DNA from: a virus
DNA length: 64,000 nt
Direction: 5' to 3' (one strand)
Virus record (IMG/VR): IMGVR_UViG_3300034418_008158
Coordinates: 1-64,000 of that record
The notes below the pieces were generated by a model. The model ran no database searches. It had not been told where the DNA came from and worked only from the letters and a program-made list of their open reading frames with translations. Below are positions 1 through 11,379 of this stretch, piece after piece. Each line of letters opens with the position of its first letter. Position 1 is the stretch's first letter. The position numbers and the translations under genes were made by a program.

Positions 1-2
1 AA

Positions 3-3000
3 GGGTATAGAAGTGCTTTATTAAATAAGCCTTTTAGTCAGCATTCTTTCTTCTTAAAGTTAATAGATGAATCAGAGAATTTTAGGAATAAACTTTATGT
101 TGATCATATTGGTATTACAGCTTTGAAGGAACTTGGTAAAAGAGTCTTTGGAGATAATAACTCTATAACTGACCTATCTGATTCTGATCATGAATTAACT
201 AAGCTTGGTTTATTCCAAGATACAGAACAAGGAGAACTTAAAGAATACTTTGATGAGAAGAAATCTATCCCATTAAGAATGGCTAGAATGTTCTTTCCTA
301 CTATGTCTGATAAGTCTCAAATGTTATCTTTATATACTGCTGTACTTAATTTAAGAAGCAAGCACTTTAATATAGATAATGGTGCTGTATCTATGACTGA
401 TGGAATTGTAGAAGCTTTATATTCTCAGACAGTATTACCAGAGTTAGAAAGGATTACAAATTATATTGCAAAACATAAAGCCAAAGGAACTGATATTAAA
501 GGTTATGACTTTGCAGCTCAAATGTTCTTGATGATTCCAGAACTTAATAACATGGTAGATGAAGAAACAGGTAAATCTGTTCTTTCTCTAATGATTAATG
601 CTCCTGGAAAACATGATAAAGCCTGGTTTGAAAAGAATATGAAAGACAAGGTTAAAGAAATTATTAGTAGTGTAGTAGATAATGAGGTAACAACTAAGAT
701 GGCAGAATGGGAAGACTCTGGGATTACAGTTAAAAATGAGAAAGATGAACTTGTTCCTAAATACTTAAATGAAAAATATCTCAATGGCTTTAGAGGATCA
801 CCTGTAGAGAAAATAAAGATGTCTGCTTTTGATTTTGTCATCAATAGTTTAATTACTAATGCAAACATAAATATGACTGTTGCTGGGGATATAGCAATGT
901 ATTCTCAAGATAAAATTAAGAAGTATTTTGAGAATGGTAAACCTTATTTACCTAAAGCTGAATATGGAAGAAATGCTTATGCACTAGCAGTAAAAGAAAT
1001 TAGTACTAATGTCGGTAAGAGACTAGCATTATTACTGGCTCCAGGTAGTAAGATAGCCAATTCAATTGGTGAGAGATACAATCAAATCTTTTTAAATGAC
1101 CAATTTGCTTCAAGCAATAACTTAGATTTCTTAGCTGATCTCTTTGAGAATAAGAGATTAACTGATGCAGAAAAACAAGTTATAGCTGCATTTAATGAGC
1201 ATAAGTCTCTCAATACTGAAATGCCAAATAAAGTAAAAGAAGCTTTCTCTAATATTGAAAAGAAGTTTCCTAAAATAGCTCCTTACTTCAGTATAGAAGC
1301 TACTGATGCTCAAGAATACACAACTGTTAGAGAACACGTTGATATACTATGGAGACAAGGAAGATTACATTCTACTCACCATACTGCTATATTAGCAAAG
1401 ATTGCTTCAGGTAAAGATTTTACTGGTGAAGAAATGGAATTAATTCTGCAACCAATTAAGCCAGTACATACAGGCTTTAAAGAAGAGGATAGATTTGATG
1501 CTATGAGAATGATGTATATAAAGACTTCTTCTTTCCCTCTTATTCCTCAAATTACTAAAGGTTCAGAACTTGATAAAGTTAGACAGTTACTTGAGAAGAA
1601 AGAGAAAGATACAGGAATGAGTGTAAGAGCTTCTTACCAATCTGGTAATAAAGTGGGTGGTGTAACTAATCCACTAGCTATATTCAACCATGATGGTACT
1701 TTCAATGATAAGGTAACTGAGCAAGAAATTGCTGGTTCTACTCTTGTATTAGATAGAGATAACTTTAGAATCCAACAGGATGTTCCTTTTAAATCTGGAA
1801 AAAATAAAAAAGATCAAGTCTCTCTTGGTACTCAAACTCTAAAATTATTGTTTGGGGATGGGATGATGGACTTAGAAGGATTTGAATATAATGGGGAGAC
1901 TATTAATGGTAAAGACTTAGCTAAAAGATTTGCTGACAACTTTGATAACTATACTAAGTTACGTAGGAATATGCTATTCAAAGAGCTAGGTATGGATAAA
2001 GAAGGTAATCCTATTGATACTGAAAAGACAATGTTGAAACTTCAGGACTTACTGAAGAGAGAGGCTGAAGATAGAGGTTATCCTAGACAAGACATTGAAG
2101 CTTTGAGTCTTACTATGATGACTAACTTAAAAGATGAAAAAGGATTTACTGTTTCACTACCTATAGATAGAGTAAAAAAATTAAAGTCTGGAAATCTTAC
2201 TACTGTAGAAATTGAGGACTTGAAAAAAGAGGTAGGGGAAAAAGCTTTTAAAGCCATTGAAGAGGGTAACTATACTGCACAAGATGTTCAGTTTACTTTA
2301 CCTTTGTGGATGTCTCCTAATAGTAATAGGTATGAGTCTTTACTTAATGCTATTGTAACAAATAGATTAGTTAAGGTTAAAATGCCAGGTAACGCTTATG
2401 TCCTGGGTTCTGAAGGTGGCTTTAGATTCCAGAAAGACATGAAAGGTGTTGATGAATCAAAGATAATATACTTAGATAGTTGGGAAGGTCAACTAAAAGC
2501 TGCTGATTATCATGAGGGAGGTAAATTGAAAAAAACACAAGTTTTGTTACCTTCTAAATTTAGAGATAATAAAGGTAACTTAATTAATCTTTTAACTGAT
2601 GAATACACATATAGAGATGGAGAAGGGGTGTTGAGATTGAGAGAAGGAAAAATTGATCCTAGCTTACTCAACATCACTTCTTTCAGAATTCCTACATCAG
2701 GTCACGTTTCTATGTCTCAGGTAGAGATAGTAGGTATCTTACCTCCAGAGGTAGGAGACTTAATGATAGTTCCCAAGAACTTGTCTGTACAGAAAGGACT
2801 TGATTATGATGTAGATAAAGAAACTACTTATCATTTACATACTTATACAGATGATAATGGTAACATAAGACCCTTTGATGAAGCAGCAAGACAGGCTGTA
2901 TTAAAAGAGTCTGATAAATGGGGAGATAACCCAGAAGATAATTTGTTTAGAGGTATCTTTGGAGAAGATGTTGACTTTGATTTAAGTGAGCTTGAACCTG

Positions 3001-6000
3001 GAGAGAAATTAGATATGATTAATGATAAGCTTCAACAGAAAATATATGAGAATGAGTTTGTAAAAATTCATGGTTCTGTGTTATCTAATAATAGTCTTGA
3101 AGTTCAGCAAAAGATTAATAAGGTTTTATCTATGGAGTTTGCTGGAGACCAAGCTGAAATGGTAGATGCAGAGGTGACAGGTGCAGAAGACAACACTTAC
3201 TTTACTATGTTATCAGATACTTATCAAAAGAAAAAGATGGCTTTAGGAGCATCAGGTAAACTAGGGATTGGAGTATATTCTAATTATGTAGTGTTTCACT
3301 CTATGGTACAGCAATCTGATAAGAAGATACAATTGCAAACAAGAGATGAAGATGGAGATGTTATACCTTTTAAAATACAAATTGGAACACAAATATCTAC
3401 TGGTGAACTTGGTAGAACAGACTCTTTAGCTCCTATGGGAATCCGTAGAAGTATTGCTGATGTCTTTGCTGAAAGACAAAATACAGCAACAGATAATGAG
3501 AAAGAACAAATTATGGGTAGGCTGAATATTAATGGTGTTACCATAAATGTTGACTCTCTATTATCAGCTCTAGGTTTTGATAAGGACATGTGGGAAATTA
3601 CTAAGGAAGAGTTTGAAGCAAATAAAAAAGGAGCTTACGAAAAGAATGGCAGCTACTATAGAGTAGGTTCATTACCTTATATGATACTATCACAACCTAT
3701 CATTAGAGAGTATGTAGAAGCTATGAATAAAACTCAGTCTAATACTCAAGAATATGATAAGTTTGCTGAAGATAGAATTATTGAAAAATTGTATGCAGAT
3801 TATCAAGTTGGAGACGAATATGATGCTACTGCAATGCCTAGTATGCTTACAGGTAAAGAATTGTTTTCTAATCTTACTAAGCCTAGTCCAGCAATTCAAA
3901 CAGAAGTTCTTAGACTATTTTTAGATTTACATTCTTATGCTAAGAATGCAAGTTTCTTACAGTCAAGAATGAATATTAATGATAGTGGTCTTGGAAAGTC
4001 TTTCTTTGAAACTATTGAAAAGTATGAAGGTGTTCAAAGTATAATTTCAGATATTGAGCATAATAAGAAAGGCTTTATGATTAGTAATGTTAGTAGCTTA
4101 GTAGGTGAGTATGTAAAAATAGATAGAGAACTTAATCAAAATGCAGAAAGTGAGTTAAGAAATAAAGGTTGGACTTATAATATCTATACTCAAAGTTACC
4201 AGGGAGGCAAAGAATTGACTCCTATGACTCGTAATGAATTACTTATAAATGGTTTTGTTGAAGAGAATAATGGCTTTACTAATAAAGATAATGCTGAATT
4301 ACTTAAACAAGGGTATGTACCATTTGATAAATACCTTATAAAGCCTACTACTCCTGTTGGAAGTATGTTAGTTAATGCTGTTTCTACTGGCTATGATATG
4401 TGGAATAGTTATTTCCCTTATAATGATCAACATGTAATTGGAGTAACTAATGAAATTATGAATGAAATATCTGATGAATCTGCATCAAGTTCTAAAGTGC
4501 TTGAAAGACAACAACATGTTTTTCAAGAAATGAAAAAGTTCTTTGTTACTTCAGAGAGATTAGGTACTTTTGTTGGTGATCCTTCTACAGAAAGATTTAG
4601 ATTGTTTATGGATAAAGGAGAAACTAAGAAATCTCTTGCTAATTATCTAAGGAATTTAATGAAGGATAAAAGTGCTGTATATGAAATTCTAAAAAATAAT
4701 AATCTTTTATCAAGATTTCAATTTGATATAAATAGAAATGGTTTACCATCTACAATTAAATTTGATAATACTAAAGGGGAGAATTTTGATGAAGACTATT
4801 TGTACATGGCTTTGATTGAACTTATAGATGTTAATATTCCATTGCCTGCTTTTAATGGGCAAGAATATACAACTAGAGATTTAGCCCAAGACTTAATTGC
4901 TTATAATTACCTTGAGGGTGGAATACAACAAGCTGTTCAATTTACTAAGTACATACCTGTTTCTTATTTAAATACTATACCTTTTGGTAAAACTTTAAGG
5001 GAGTGGAATAACCAAGATAAACCTCAGATATTTTATCAAATACTAGGTAGAAGTCAAGGTGGAAGAACAAGTAAATTTGCTAGACAGTATTTCCAAAACA
5101 ATCCACAAAGATTGCCAAAGGTTGATACTGAAAGACAAACTGCAAATGAAAAATATTTTGGTGATAAAACTGATTTGGATAACTTAATTTCTTTTGAAGC
5201 TAATATAGAAACTATGTCAGATGCAGAGTTGAAAGTATTCAATAAGCTAAAATATGTTTCTATATATAACCCAGATGCTAAGAAAGGAACAAAAAAGTTT
5301 TTAGTCTTTGAGAAAGATGGAGATTCATTCAGAAGAATTTCTGCTTTAGGTGTTTTTGGTATGGCTGAATACTCTTTAAAAGAAAGTGATGCACAAAGTA
5401 TTGTTAATGATTCTTACATGAATCCTGCACCTGCTCAACCTACTATTAATCCTAAAAGAGAAAGTACTCTTGGTGATCCTTTCTTTTTAAGAAATGGTAC
5501 TGTAAAAGAAATTATAGATTCCTTAAAGGTATCTCAATTTTCAGAGCCACACTTAAAGCCTCTACTTGATGCTCTTCTTCCATATATGGGAGATGTAAAG
5601 ATTGAACTAAGAGATTTAAAGAGATTATCTAGGGGTAAATACGTAAGGAGTGAAAATACTATTGTTGTTGATGAAGAATACTATTCTACTTTTGATAAAG
5701 AAAGTATAGCTCAAACTATAGTTCATGAACTTATACATGCTTTGACTGTACAATTTATTTCTCAATATGTAGATTCTAATGGTAATCTTAAACCAGGAGT
5801 AGTTGCACCAAAAGAAATTCTTGATCTTGTCTTATTGTTTAGTGAGACCAGAAAAGTTTTGGGCCCAGAGTGGAAAGCTTATGTAGAGAAAAGAGCTAAA
5901 CAAAAAACTGGAGAAACTACAGAGGGTACAACTGAAAGGGAAAGAACAGTAGCTTATGCTGGATTTAATATCTATGAATTTGTAGCTATAGCTCTTAGTG

Positions 6001-6335
6001 AGCCTAATTTCCAAATGGAGATGAAAGATAAACAATATAAAGAAAGTTCTGATAGTATCATGGATAGGTTAGCTAAGATTGTTCAAAACATTCTTGTTAA
6101 AGTATTAGGAGATGCTTATGTTCCTGGTACGATAACAACTGATGCAGTTAGAGTTTCTCTTGAGATTGTTAAAGCTCAAGCTAATCAGAATAAAAAATTA
6201 GCTACTGAAGCAGAGATCATTGCAAAACAAAATGCTCAGGATGCTAAATTAGCAGGAGATGAAAATGAAGTGTTGTTCAAGTTGGATCAACCTTCAGAAA
6301 ACCCTACTTTTGTAATACCATTTAATTGTAAATAA
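3..6335 (+). CDS. Giant virion RNA polymerase (crAss-like, phi14:2 gp66-type) with C-terminal zincin-like domain; 5'-truncated by window
   Basis: Frame open from position 3. Catalytic DxDxD motif GLDYDVDK (2802-2816), preceded by RIPTSGH. HELIH zincin motif (5724-5738). Over 2100 aa. Confidence 0.9.
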   Translation, partial: GYRSALLNKPFSQHSFFLKLIDESENFRNKLYVDHIGITALKELGKRVFGDNNSITDLSDSDHELTKLGLFQDTEQGELKEYFDEKKSIPLRMARMFFPTMSDKSQMLSLYTAVLNLRSKHFNIDNGAVSMTDGIVEALYSQTVLPELERITNYIAKHKAKGTDIKGYDFAAQMFLMIPELNNMVDEETGKSVLSLMINAPGKHDKAWFEKNMKDKVKEIISSVVDNEVTTKMAEWEDSGITVKNEKDELVPKYLNEKYLNGFRGSPVEKIKMSAFDFVINSLITNANINMTVAGDIAMYSQDKIKKYFENGKPYLPKAEYGRNAYALAVKEISTNVGKRLALLLAPGSKIANSIGERYNQIFLNDQFASSNNLDFLADLFENKRLTDAEKQVIAAFNEHKSLNTEMPNKVKEAFSNIEKKFPKIAPYFSIEATDAQEYTTVREHVDILWRQGRLHSTHHTAILAKIASGKDFTGEEMELILQPIKPVHTGFKEEDRFDAMRMMYIKTSSFPLIPQITKGSELDKVRQLLEKKEKDTGMSVRASYQSGNKVGGVTNPLAIFNHDGTFNDKVTEQEIAGSTLVLDRDNFRIQQDVPFKSGKNKKDQVSLGTQTLKLLFGDGMMDLEGFEYNGETINGKDLAKRFADNFDNYTKLRRNMLFKELGMDKEGNPIDTEKTMLKLQDLLKREAEDRGYPRQDIEALSLTMMTNLKDEKGFTVSLPIDRVKKLKSGNLTTVEIEDLKKEVGEKAFKAIEEGNYTAQDVQFTLPLWMSPNSNRYESLLNAIVTNRLVKVKMPGNAYVLGSEGGFRFQKDMKGVDESKIIYLDSWEGQLKAADYHEGGKLKKTQVLLPSKFRDNKGNLINLLTDEYTYRDGEGVLRLREGKIDPSLLNITSFRIPTSGHVSMSQVEIVGILPPEVGDLMIVPKNLSVQKGLDYDVDKETTYHLHTYTDDNGNIRPFDEAARQAVLKESDKWGDNPEDNLFRGIFGEDVDFDLSELEPGEKLDMINDKLQQKIYENEFVKIHGSVLSNNSLEVQQKINKVLSMEFAGDQAEMVDAEVTGAEDNTYFTMLSDTYQKKKMALGASGKLGIGVYSNYVVFHSMVQQSDKKIQLQTRDEDGDVIPFKIQIGTQISTGELGRTDSLAPMGIRRSIADVFAERQNTATDNEKEQIMGRLNINGVTINVDSLLSALGFDKDMWEITKEEFEANKKGAYEKNGSYYRVGSLPYMILSQPIIREYVEAMNKTQSNTQEYDKFAEDRIIEKLYADYQVGDEYDATAMPSMLTGKELFSNLTKPSPAIQTEVLRLFLDLHSYAKNASFLQSRMNINDSGLGKSFFETIEKYEGVQSIISDIEHNKKGFMISNVSSLVGEYVKIDRELNQNAESELRNKGWTYNIYTQSYQGGKELTPMTRNELLINGFVEENNGFTNKDNAELLKQGYVPFDKYLIKPTTPVGSMLVNAVSTGYDMWNSYFPYNDQHVIGVTNEIMNEISDESASSSKVLERQQHVFQEMKKFFVTSERLGTFVGDPSTERFRLFMDKGETKKSLANYLRNLMKDKSAVYEILKNNNLLSRFQFDINRNGLPSTIKFDNTKGENFDEDYLYMALIELIDVNIPLPAFNGQEYTTRDLAQDLIAYNYLEGGIQQAVQFTKYIPVSYLNTIPFGKTLREWNNQDKPQIFYQILGRSQGGRTSKFARQYFQNNPQRLPKVDTERQTANEKYFGDKTDLDNLISFEANIETMSDAELKVFNKLKYVSIYNPDAKKGTKKFLVFEKDGDSFRRISALGVFGMAEYSLKESDAQSIVNDSYMNPAPAQPTINPKRESTLGDPFFLRNGTVKEIIDSLKVSQFSEPHLKPLLDALLPYMGDVKIELRDLKRLSRGKYVRSENTIVVDEEYYSTFDKESIAQTIVHELIHALTVQFISQYVDSNGNLKPGVVAPKEILDLVLLFSETRKVLGPEWKAYVEKRAKQKTGETTEGTTERERTVAYAGFNIYEFVAIALSEPNFQMEMKDKQYKESSDSIMDRLAKIVQNILVKVLGDAYVPGTITTDAVRVSLEIVKAQANQNKKLATEAEIIAKQNAQDAKLAGDENEVLFKLDQPSENPTFVIPFNCK

Positions 6336-6346
6336 ATCAAAATCAT

Positions 6347-9300
6347 ATGTCTTGTAATAGTCAACAAAATACAATCAGTCATTTAAAGGAACTTGGAGTT
6401 CTTGATGAATCAGGATTGATTACTGATACTTCCAGGTTAGATAAAATAAATAATCATTATCTGGATTATATAAATAATCAATTAGGTATAGAATCTAATG
6501 AATTGTTATTACCTTACAGAGAAGTTAAATACACTAATCCTGCTGGGCATAGCACTTTTAAATATGTGCTAGAACCTAATGTTAAACTTTTTGGAAAGAT
6601 TGATAATCTAATTAATGATACAGAGGTAGCAGAGTTAGATGTTTTTGATATGCCTGCTACAGGCTTTGCTGTTGCTCCTAAATTTGAAAAAGTAATTCAG
6701 TATAAGGAAAGTCTTGCAAATGCTATTGAAGCCAGATTAGCTAAAGTAAAAGCTGATAAAAGAAAGTTTTCTAATAATACTGTTAAGTTGAAAGAGCTAA
6801 CTGCATTACAAAATACTCTTGAAACTAGATTAGAAGGTTCAACTGAACTTGGCATTTCTGGACTTCGTGAAGAGATTTTAGATTTAAAAGCTGCTCCAGC
6901 TATTGATAAGTTGGCTTTCTACGCTGATGCAGACTTTGCCAGGCTTGACAGTCTCCTTGATTCAAGAAATCCAGAAGATATAAAAGAAGCTTATCAGATT
7001 ATAAATACTTATGAAGCTTTAGGTACTTTTGATCCTAGTAATATACATCCTCTATTTCATGAAACTCAGACTTCTACAGTTAATGGTAGGCCTGTAGTTC
7101 ATTATGTTAATACAGGATTTGATGATGTTACTGGTGAAGTCATTGTTTCTCAAGATGTTCAAGACTTACTTACAAGCTGGAAAGAACGAGTACAAATACC
7201 TAGAAACAAATTATACTTGCAATCAAAGCAGCTCTTTACTGGTGGAATAAACTCAAACAGAAAAGTACAAAAGATGTTTAATGAGCCATTGACTTATGAA
7301 GAGTTGACTCATAAAGGTACAGGCTTAAAAGATGCTAGTTGGGTTGATATGTTTATGATGGATATTACCAATGGTGTATTTAGTACTAATGGTATTGTAC
7401 CACAAGTGATGATGAATATGTTACAGAATTCTTTTCAAACTCATTTAGTTTTTGCTAAAGATGTTGAAGAAAAGATTGATGGCATGAAGGATAGATTGGA
7501 TGCTGCTATGAAAGGACTTAAAGCTTCTCATGGTTTAGATTATGATTTAGCTGGAAAAGCAGGTTGGTTAGGGATTAAAGGTATTTCTTATGATCTATTT
7601 AAGGCTGAAGATAAGAATGGTTTGTTTAAGGATGCTATAGTGCAAAGATATGATAGTAGTTATGCTGAAGAAAGAAATAAAATGTTTAATACTTTTAAAC
7701 AAGATTTAGATAATGCTTATCAAACTCCTGATCCTGTTAGAAGAGATCAGTTAGTTGCTGCTGCTCACAATAAAAAAAGAAATTGGTTTAAAAAACATAC
7801 AGTAGTTCTTGATATAAGAAAGATGCCTGAGATTACAGCTCCAGGATATAATTATACTCAAGCTGAACAAGATGCTTATAGACAAGAGCTTGTTGATATA
7901 CTTGGAGAACAAGGCTATAAAGAAGAGTTAGCTAAGCAAGAGAAATTAATTAAGGATTATGAGAGTATGCTTGATATTGTTACAGACAGTATTGCTGCTG
8001 AAGGAGGTACTGCTGCTGAGCAAGCTGCAAAAGTAGCAAAGTGGACAGAGAGAAATAACCCTTTTGCTTTAGTAAATGATTATTATGAGAATGCTTCTAC
8101 AGGTATGGGTAAGAATCCTAGTATGACTTATAACTATGCTGTACCAAGAAGAAAGAGAGTTAATATGACCATGGTAAATGGAGTATTAACTCCTGTACAA
8201 ACTACTTTTGATACAGGGTACTATGATAAGAAGTTTGAGATCATTGAAGAGAATGACACTTTAAAAGAGTTTCATGATCTATTAATGGGAGTTCAACAAA
8301 AGATGTTTGATGTTATGCCTCTTGATGTAAGGAGAAAGTTCAATGCTAACTCTTTACCTAGTTTAGCTAAGAATTTAATAGAGATATTAACTAGCCCTCA
8401 TACTACTTTCTTTGAAAAGATTTCTGAAGCTGCAAGATATATGTATGATAAGATTAGAGGTTTATTTGGAATCAATGTCCAAAATTCTTTGAGTCATGCT
8501 AAAGTTGATCCTATTACTGGAAGAGCTGAATATGAAATTAACACAGACTTTCTTAACTCCAATAAAGAAGAAATTAATTCTAGGTATCAAGTAGAAATCC
8601 TAAGATTAAAACAGGCTCTAGGTATTTCCTTGACCCAGCCTTTTACTCAATATAATGTTTATAATCTGAACACAATGAATCAGGATGCTTTAAATATCAT
8701 TGCTGAGAATTTGGGTACAGAAGCTAATGTTGCAGCTATAATGGCTAAACTTCCTGGAGAGAATGCTTTGGCATTTGAAGTAGGAAAAGTTATAAGGAGT
8801 GGTATTACAAATCAAATTGTCCAGGAAAAATCTTTTGATTTACCTAAGATTCTAAAATTATACTCTTATATGACTATGGAGTATGCAGCTAGGCAAGAGG
8901 TTCTTCCTATAATGGAAATGATGAAAGGACACTATGAAGAAATTAAAGAACCTACAGTCACTAATACTGGTGCTACTGTTACCAATGCTAGTACAAAAGA
9001 AACTGCTTTAGAAGGAGTAAGGGTAAATGCTAATAAGCAAATGGAATCCTGGTTTAATAGAGCTGTTCTTGGTAACTATGGTAGTAAGAATGAATTTGGA
9101 GATACAACTTTAAAAAGACATCTTCCTTTAGGCTTAACAAATAATCAAAGAATTAATAGTTTTACTTCTGCTTTAAGTACTACTATAACAGGTAGAATAC
9201 TCAATACAGATGAAAAGATAATGCAAGGAAAAATACCAGAATTGCTTTCTGCTTTAGAGTATGAAATGGCAAGTCCAGGTATAACTGCTGAAAATATGGC

Positions 9301-11020
9301 TAAAGCTCAGAAGCTTCATAATAGACTAACTAATCAAGAAGCTCAATTAGGTAAGACTTTTGCTTTTACTGCTTTCTTCGATGCTATGTTTAACTTTATA
9401 AGGCTTAAAGGTCTTGGTTGGAATCTTTCTTCCTATGTGACTAACTTTGCAGAAGGGCAGATAGCAAACTTAATTGTTGATGCTAGTGGGGATTACTTTA
9501 AACCTGGAAACATAAATAGAGCTAACAATATAGTAAAGGGCTCATGGCTCAAGAATATGACAGGTGGTAAGGTGGAAACTAAGGGAGCTAAATTGACTAG
9601 GGTTTTAATGGATAGATATAGGATTCTTCAAGATGCTTCAAATGAGCTTCAAAAAGCTTCTAATAAATCTGCTTTTTCTCAAGTCAATAAGTTAAACCCT
9701 TTCTATGGTACACATAGAACAGAGTATATGAATCAAGCTCCTTTAATGCTTGCAGTGTTAATGGATCAAGAAATTACAGATAAAGATGGTAATGTAAGTA
9801 ACGTCTTAGATGCTATGAATCCAGATGGTACTTTAAAGCCTGAGTTTCATTTACATGCTGATCCTGCTCAAGACTCTAATAGATTGAATTGGGAAAATGC
9901 TAATGGAGATGCTTACAATGATTTTTCATCTCATATGATAAAGACAATTGTAAATACTCATGGTGATTATGATCAACTTAGGGGTAATATGGCTAGTGAA
10001 AGATTAACTGGTAAAGCTTTGTTAATGTTTAAGAGGTGGATGGGTAGACAATTTTACCAGAGGTTTGCTATGGTTCCACAAACTGATTTAGAAGTTGGAG
10101 TAAAAGAGTACAAAGGTAGGTATTTGTCTCATACCAGAGGTTCAGGACTATTACATGGAGCTATTGTTGGCTTTGCTGGAGCTGGGCCTGTGGGAGCTTT
10201 AGCTTTGGGTACAGCAGGATTTGCTATGGGGCATTTCATGGGAGAAAATACTGGATTTAATTTTTTAAAGGAAATGGCTTTCGTTACTAAGAATTTATTC
10301 TTATCTTTGGCAGGTATTCCTGTTAATTGGATTGCAGGAAAAACTGTATTAAAACCTTTTAGTGGTGGTACAACAGCTTTAACCGAAAGAGGTCAAAGGA
10401 ATTTTCATGCTAATATGATTGATATGTCAATGCAATTATTCTGGATTGGATTCCTTTTAGCTACTAAAGCTATGCTCTGGGATGATGATGATGATAGTGA
10501 TGATGATAGAAGAAAGGCACATAATATCCTTGCAAATAGGTTTATACAGTTATCTTCTCAAGCCTCCATGTATGCTAATCCTGTAGAGGCTTATGAAGCT
10601 TTTTCTGATATACCTGTAAAAAGATTCTTTACCGATGTTATAAAGGTGGCAACTGAAGCTCAAGATTATTTTGAAGGAGAAGACACTCTTGCTGGGGGCC
10701 CTAATGCTGGACAATCTGCTTTAGGTAATCAGATAAAAAAGACTTTCTTTCCTGGAATAGCAAAAGGTGGATTAGGTTTTGAATCAGCAATGCAAAGACA
10801 ATTTGAACCACATGCTTTTGATACGTGGTTTCATGGTGAAGAGAAGAAAGCAAAGAAAGTTACTCAAGGGATAAGAGCCCAATATCTATTGGAAATGGTA
10901 GAGAATGGGTTGACAAAAGAGGAAGCTAAGAAGGCAGTGAAGAAGAAGTATAGAAATAAGAAGAGTGGAGACAAAGAGACTTATAAAGAACTTATTGAAG
11001 TTTATGAAAGTATAGATTAA
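6347..11020 (+). CDS. Large virion (probably ejected) protein adjacent to RNAP
   Basis: 1557 aa ORF directly after the RNAP, with a Gly/Ala-rich hydrophobic segment near the C-terminus. Position matches crAss-like giant virion proteins. Confidence 0.65.
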   Translation: MSCNSQQNTISHLKELGVLDESGLITDTSRLDKINNHYLDYINNQLGIESNELLLPYREVKYTNPAGHSTFKYVLEPNVKLFGKIDNLINDTEVAELDVFDMPATGFAVAPKFEKVIQYKESLANAIEARLAKVKADKRKFSNNTVKLKELTALQNTLETRLEGSTELGISGLREEILDLKAAPAIDKLAFYADADFARLDSLLDSRNPEDIKEAYQIINTYEALGTFDPSNIHPLFHETQTSTVNGRPVVHYVNTGFDDVTGEVIVSQDVQDLLTSWKERVQIPRNKLYLQSKQLFTGGINSNRKVQKMFNEPLTYEELTHKGTGLKDASWVDMFMMDITNGVFSTNGIVPQVMMNMLQNSFQTHLVFAKDVEEKIDGMKDRLDAAMKGLKASHGLDYDLAGKAGWLGIKGISYDLFKAEDKNGLFKDAIVQRYDSSYAEERNKMFNTFKQDLDNAYQTPDPVRRDQLVAAAHNKKRNWFKKHTVVLDIRKMPEITAPGYNYTQAEQDAYRQELVDILGEQGYKEELAKQEKLIKDYESMLDIVTDSIAAEGGTAAEQAAKVAKWTERNNPFALVNDYYENASTGMGKNPSMTYNYAVPRRKRVNMTMVNGVLTPVQTTFDTGYYDKKFEIIEENDTLKEFHDLLMGVQQKMFDVMPLDVRRKFNANSLPSLAKNLIEILTSPHTTFFEKISEAARYMYDKIRGLFGINVQNSLSHAKVDPITGRAEYEINTDFLNSNKEEINSRYQVEILRLKQALGISLTQPFTQYNVYNLNTMNQDALNIIAENLGTEANVAAIMAKLPGENALAFEVGKVIRSGITNQIVQEKSFDLPKILKLYSYMTMEYAARQEVLPIMEMMKGHYEEIKEPTVTNTGATVTNASTKETALEGVRVNANKQMESWFNRAVLGNYGSKNEFGDTTLKRHLPLGLTNNQRINSFTSALSTTITGRILNTDEKIMQGKIPELLSALEYEMASPGITAENMAKAQKLHNRLTNQEAQLGKTFAFTAFFDAMFNFIRLKGLGWNLSSYVTNFAEGQIANLIVDASGDYFKPGNINRANNIVKGSWLKNMTGGKVETKGAKLTRVLMDRYRILQDASNELQKASNKSAFSQVNKLNPFYGTHRTEYMNQAPLMLAVLMDQEITDKDGNVSNVLDAMNPDGTLKPEFHLHADPAQDSNRLNWENANGDAYNDFSSHMIKTIVNTHGDYDQLRGNMASERLTGKALLMFKRWMGRQFYQRFAMVPQTDLEVGVKEYKGRYLSHTRGSGLLHGAIVGFAGAGPVGALALGTAGFAMGHFMGENTGFNFLKEMAFVTKNLFLSLAGIPVNWIAGKTVLKPFSGGTTALTERGQRNFHANMIDMSMQLFWIGFLLATKAMLWDDDDDSDDDRRKAHNILANRFIQLSSQASMYANPVEAYEAFSDIPVKRFFTDVIKVATEAQDYFEGEDTLAGGPNAGQSALGNQIKKTFFPGIAKGGLGFESAMQRQFEPHAFDTWFHGEEKKAKKVTQGIRAQYLLEMVENGLTKEEAKKAVKKKYRNKKSGDKETYKELIEVYESID

Positions 11021-11088
11021 GGTCAGACAAATAAAAAAGTAGACCTAAGTTTTATTTTAAACGTTTAAAATTAATTAAATCAGTAATT

Positions 11089-11379
11089 ATGAATTTATTT
11101 ATTGCAATTTTGTTAACAATTGTTGGTGGTGTAGGAATGTATTTTACACTAAAGAATTTGACAAAAATTTATGACATCATGGAAAGTAACATGTTGTCCA
11201 GAGTGGGATGGCTACTTAGAGTAGGTATTTTGCTTGATGTGTTGATTACAACAGCAGGATTAGGAATGTTGTTTACAGGAGTTCCTGTATTAGAAATAGT
11301 GATGCCTTTTGCATCTTTTGGGTTAGGGTCTTGGTTTTTAATCATTAATCCTACTAGAACTAAAGGTAAAAAAGCATGA
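11089..11379 (+). CDS. Small multi-pass membrane protein (holin candidate)
   Basis: 96 aa, three hydrophobic segments, basic C-terminus (RTKGKKA). Confidence 0.5.
   Translation: MNLFIAILLTIVGGVGMYFTLKNLTKIYDIMESNMLSRVGWLLRVGILLDVLITTAGLGMLFTGVPVLEIVMPFASFGLGSWFLIINPTRTKGKKA

Noticed and set aside
518-6035. Short minus-strand ORFs within the RNAP gene, and similar ORFs within RNR, terL, portal and MCP
   Set aside because: Antisense or alternate-frame ORFs inside long conserved genes, with no independent signals.
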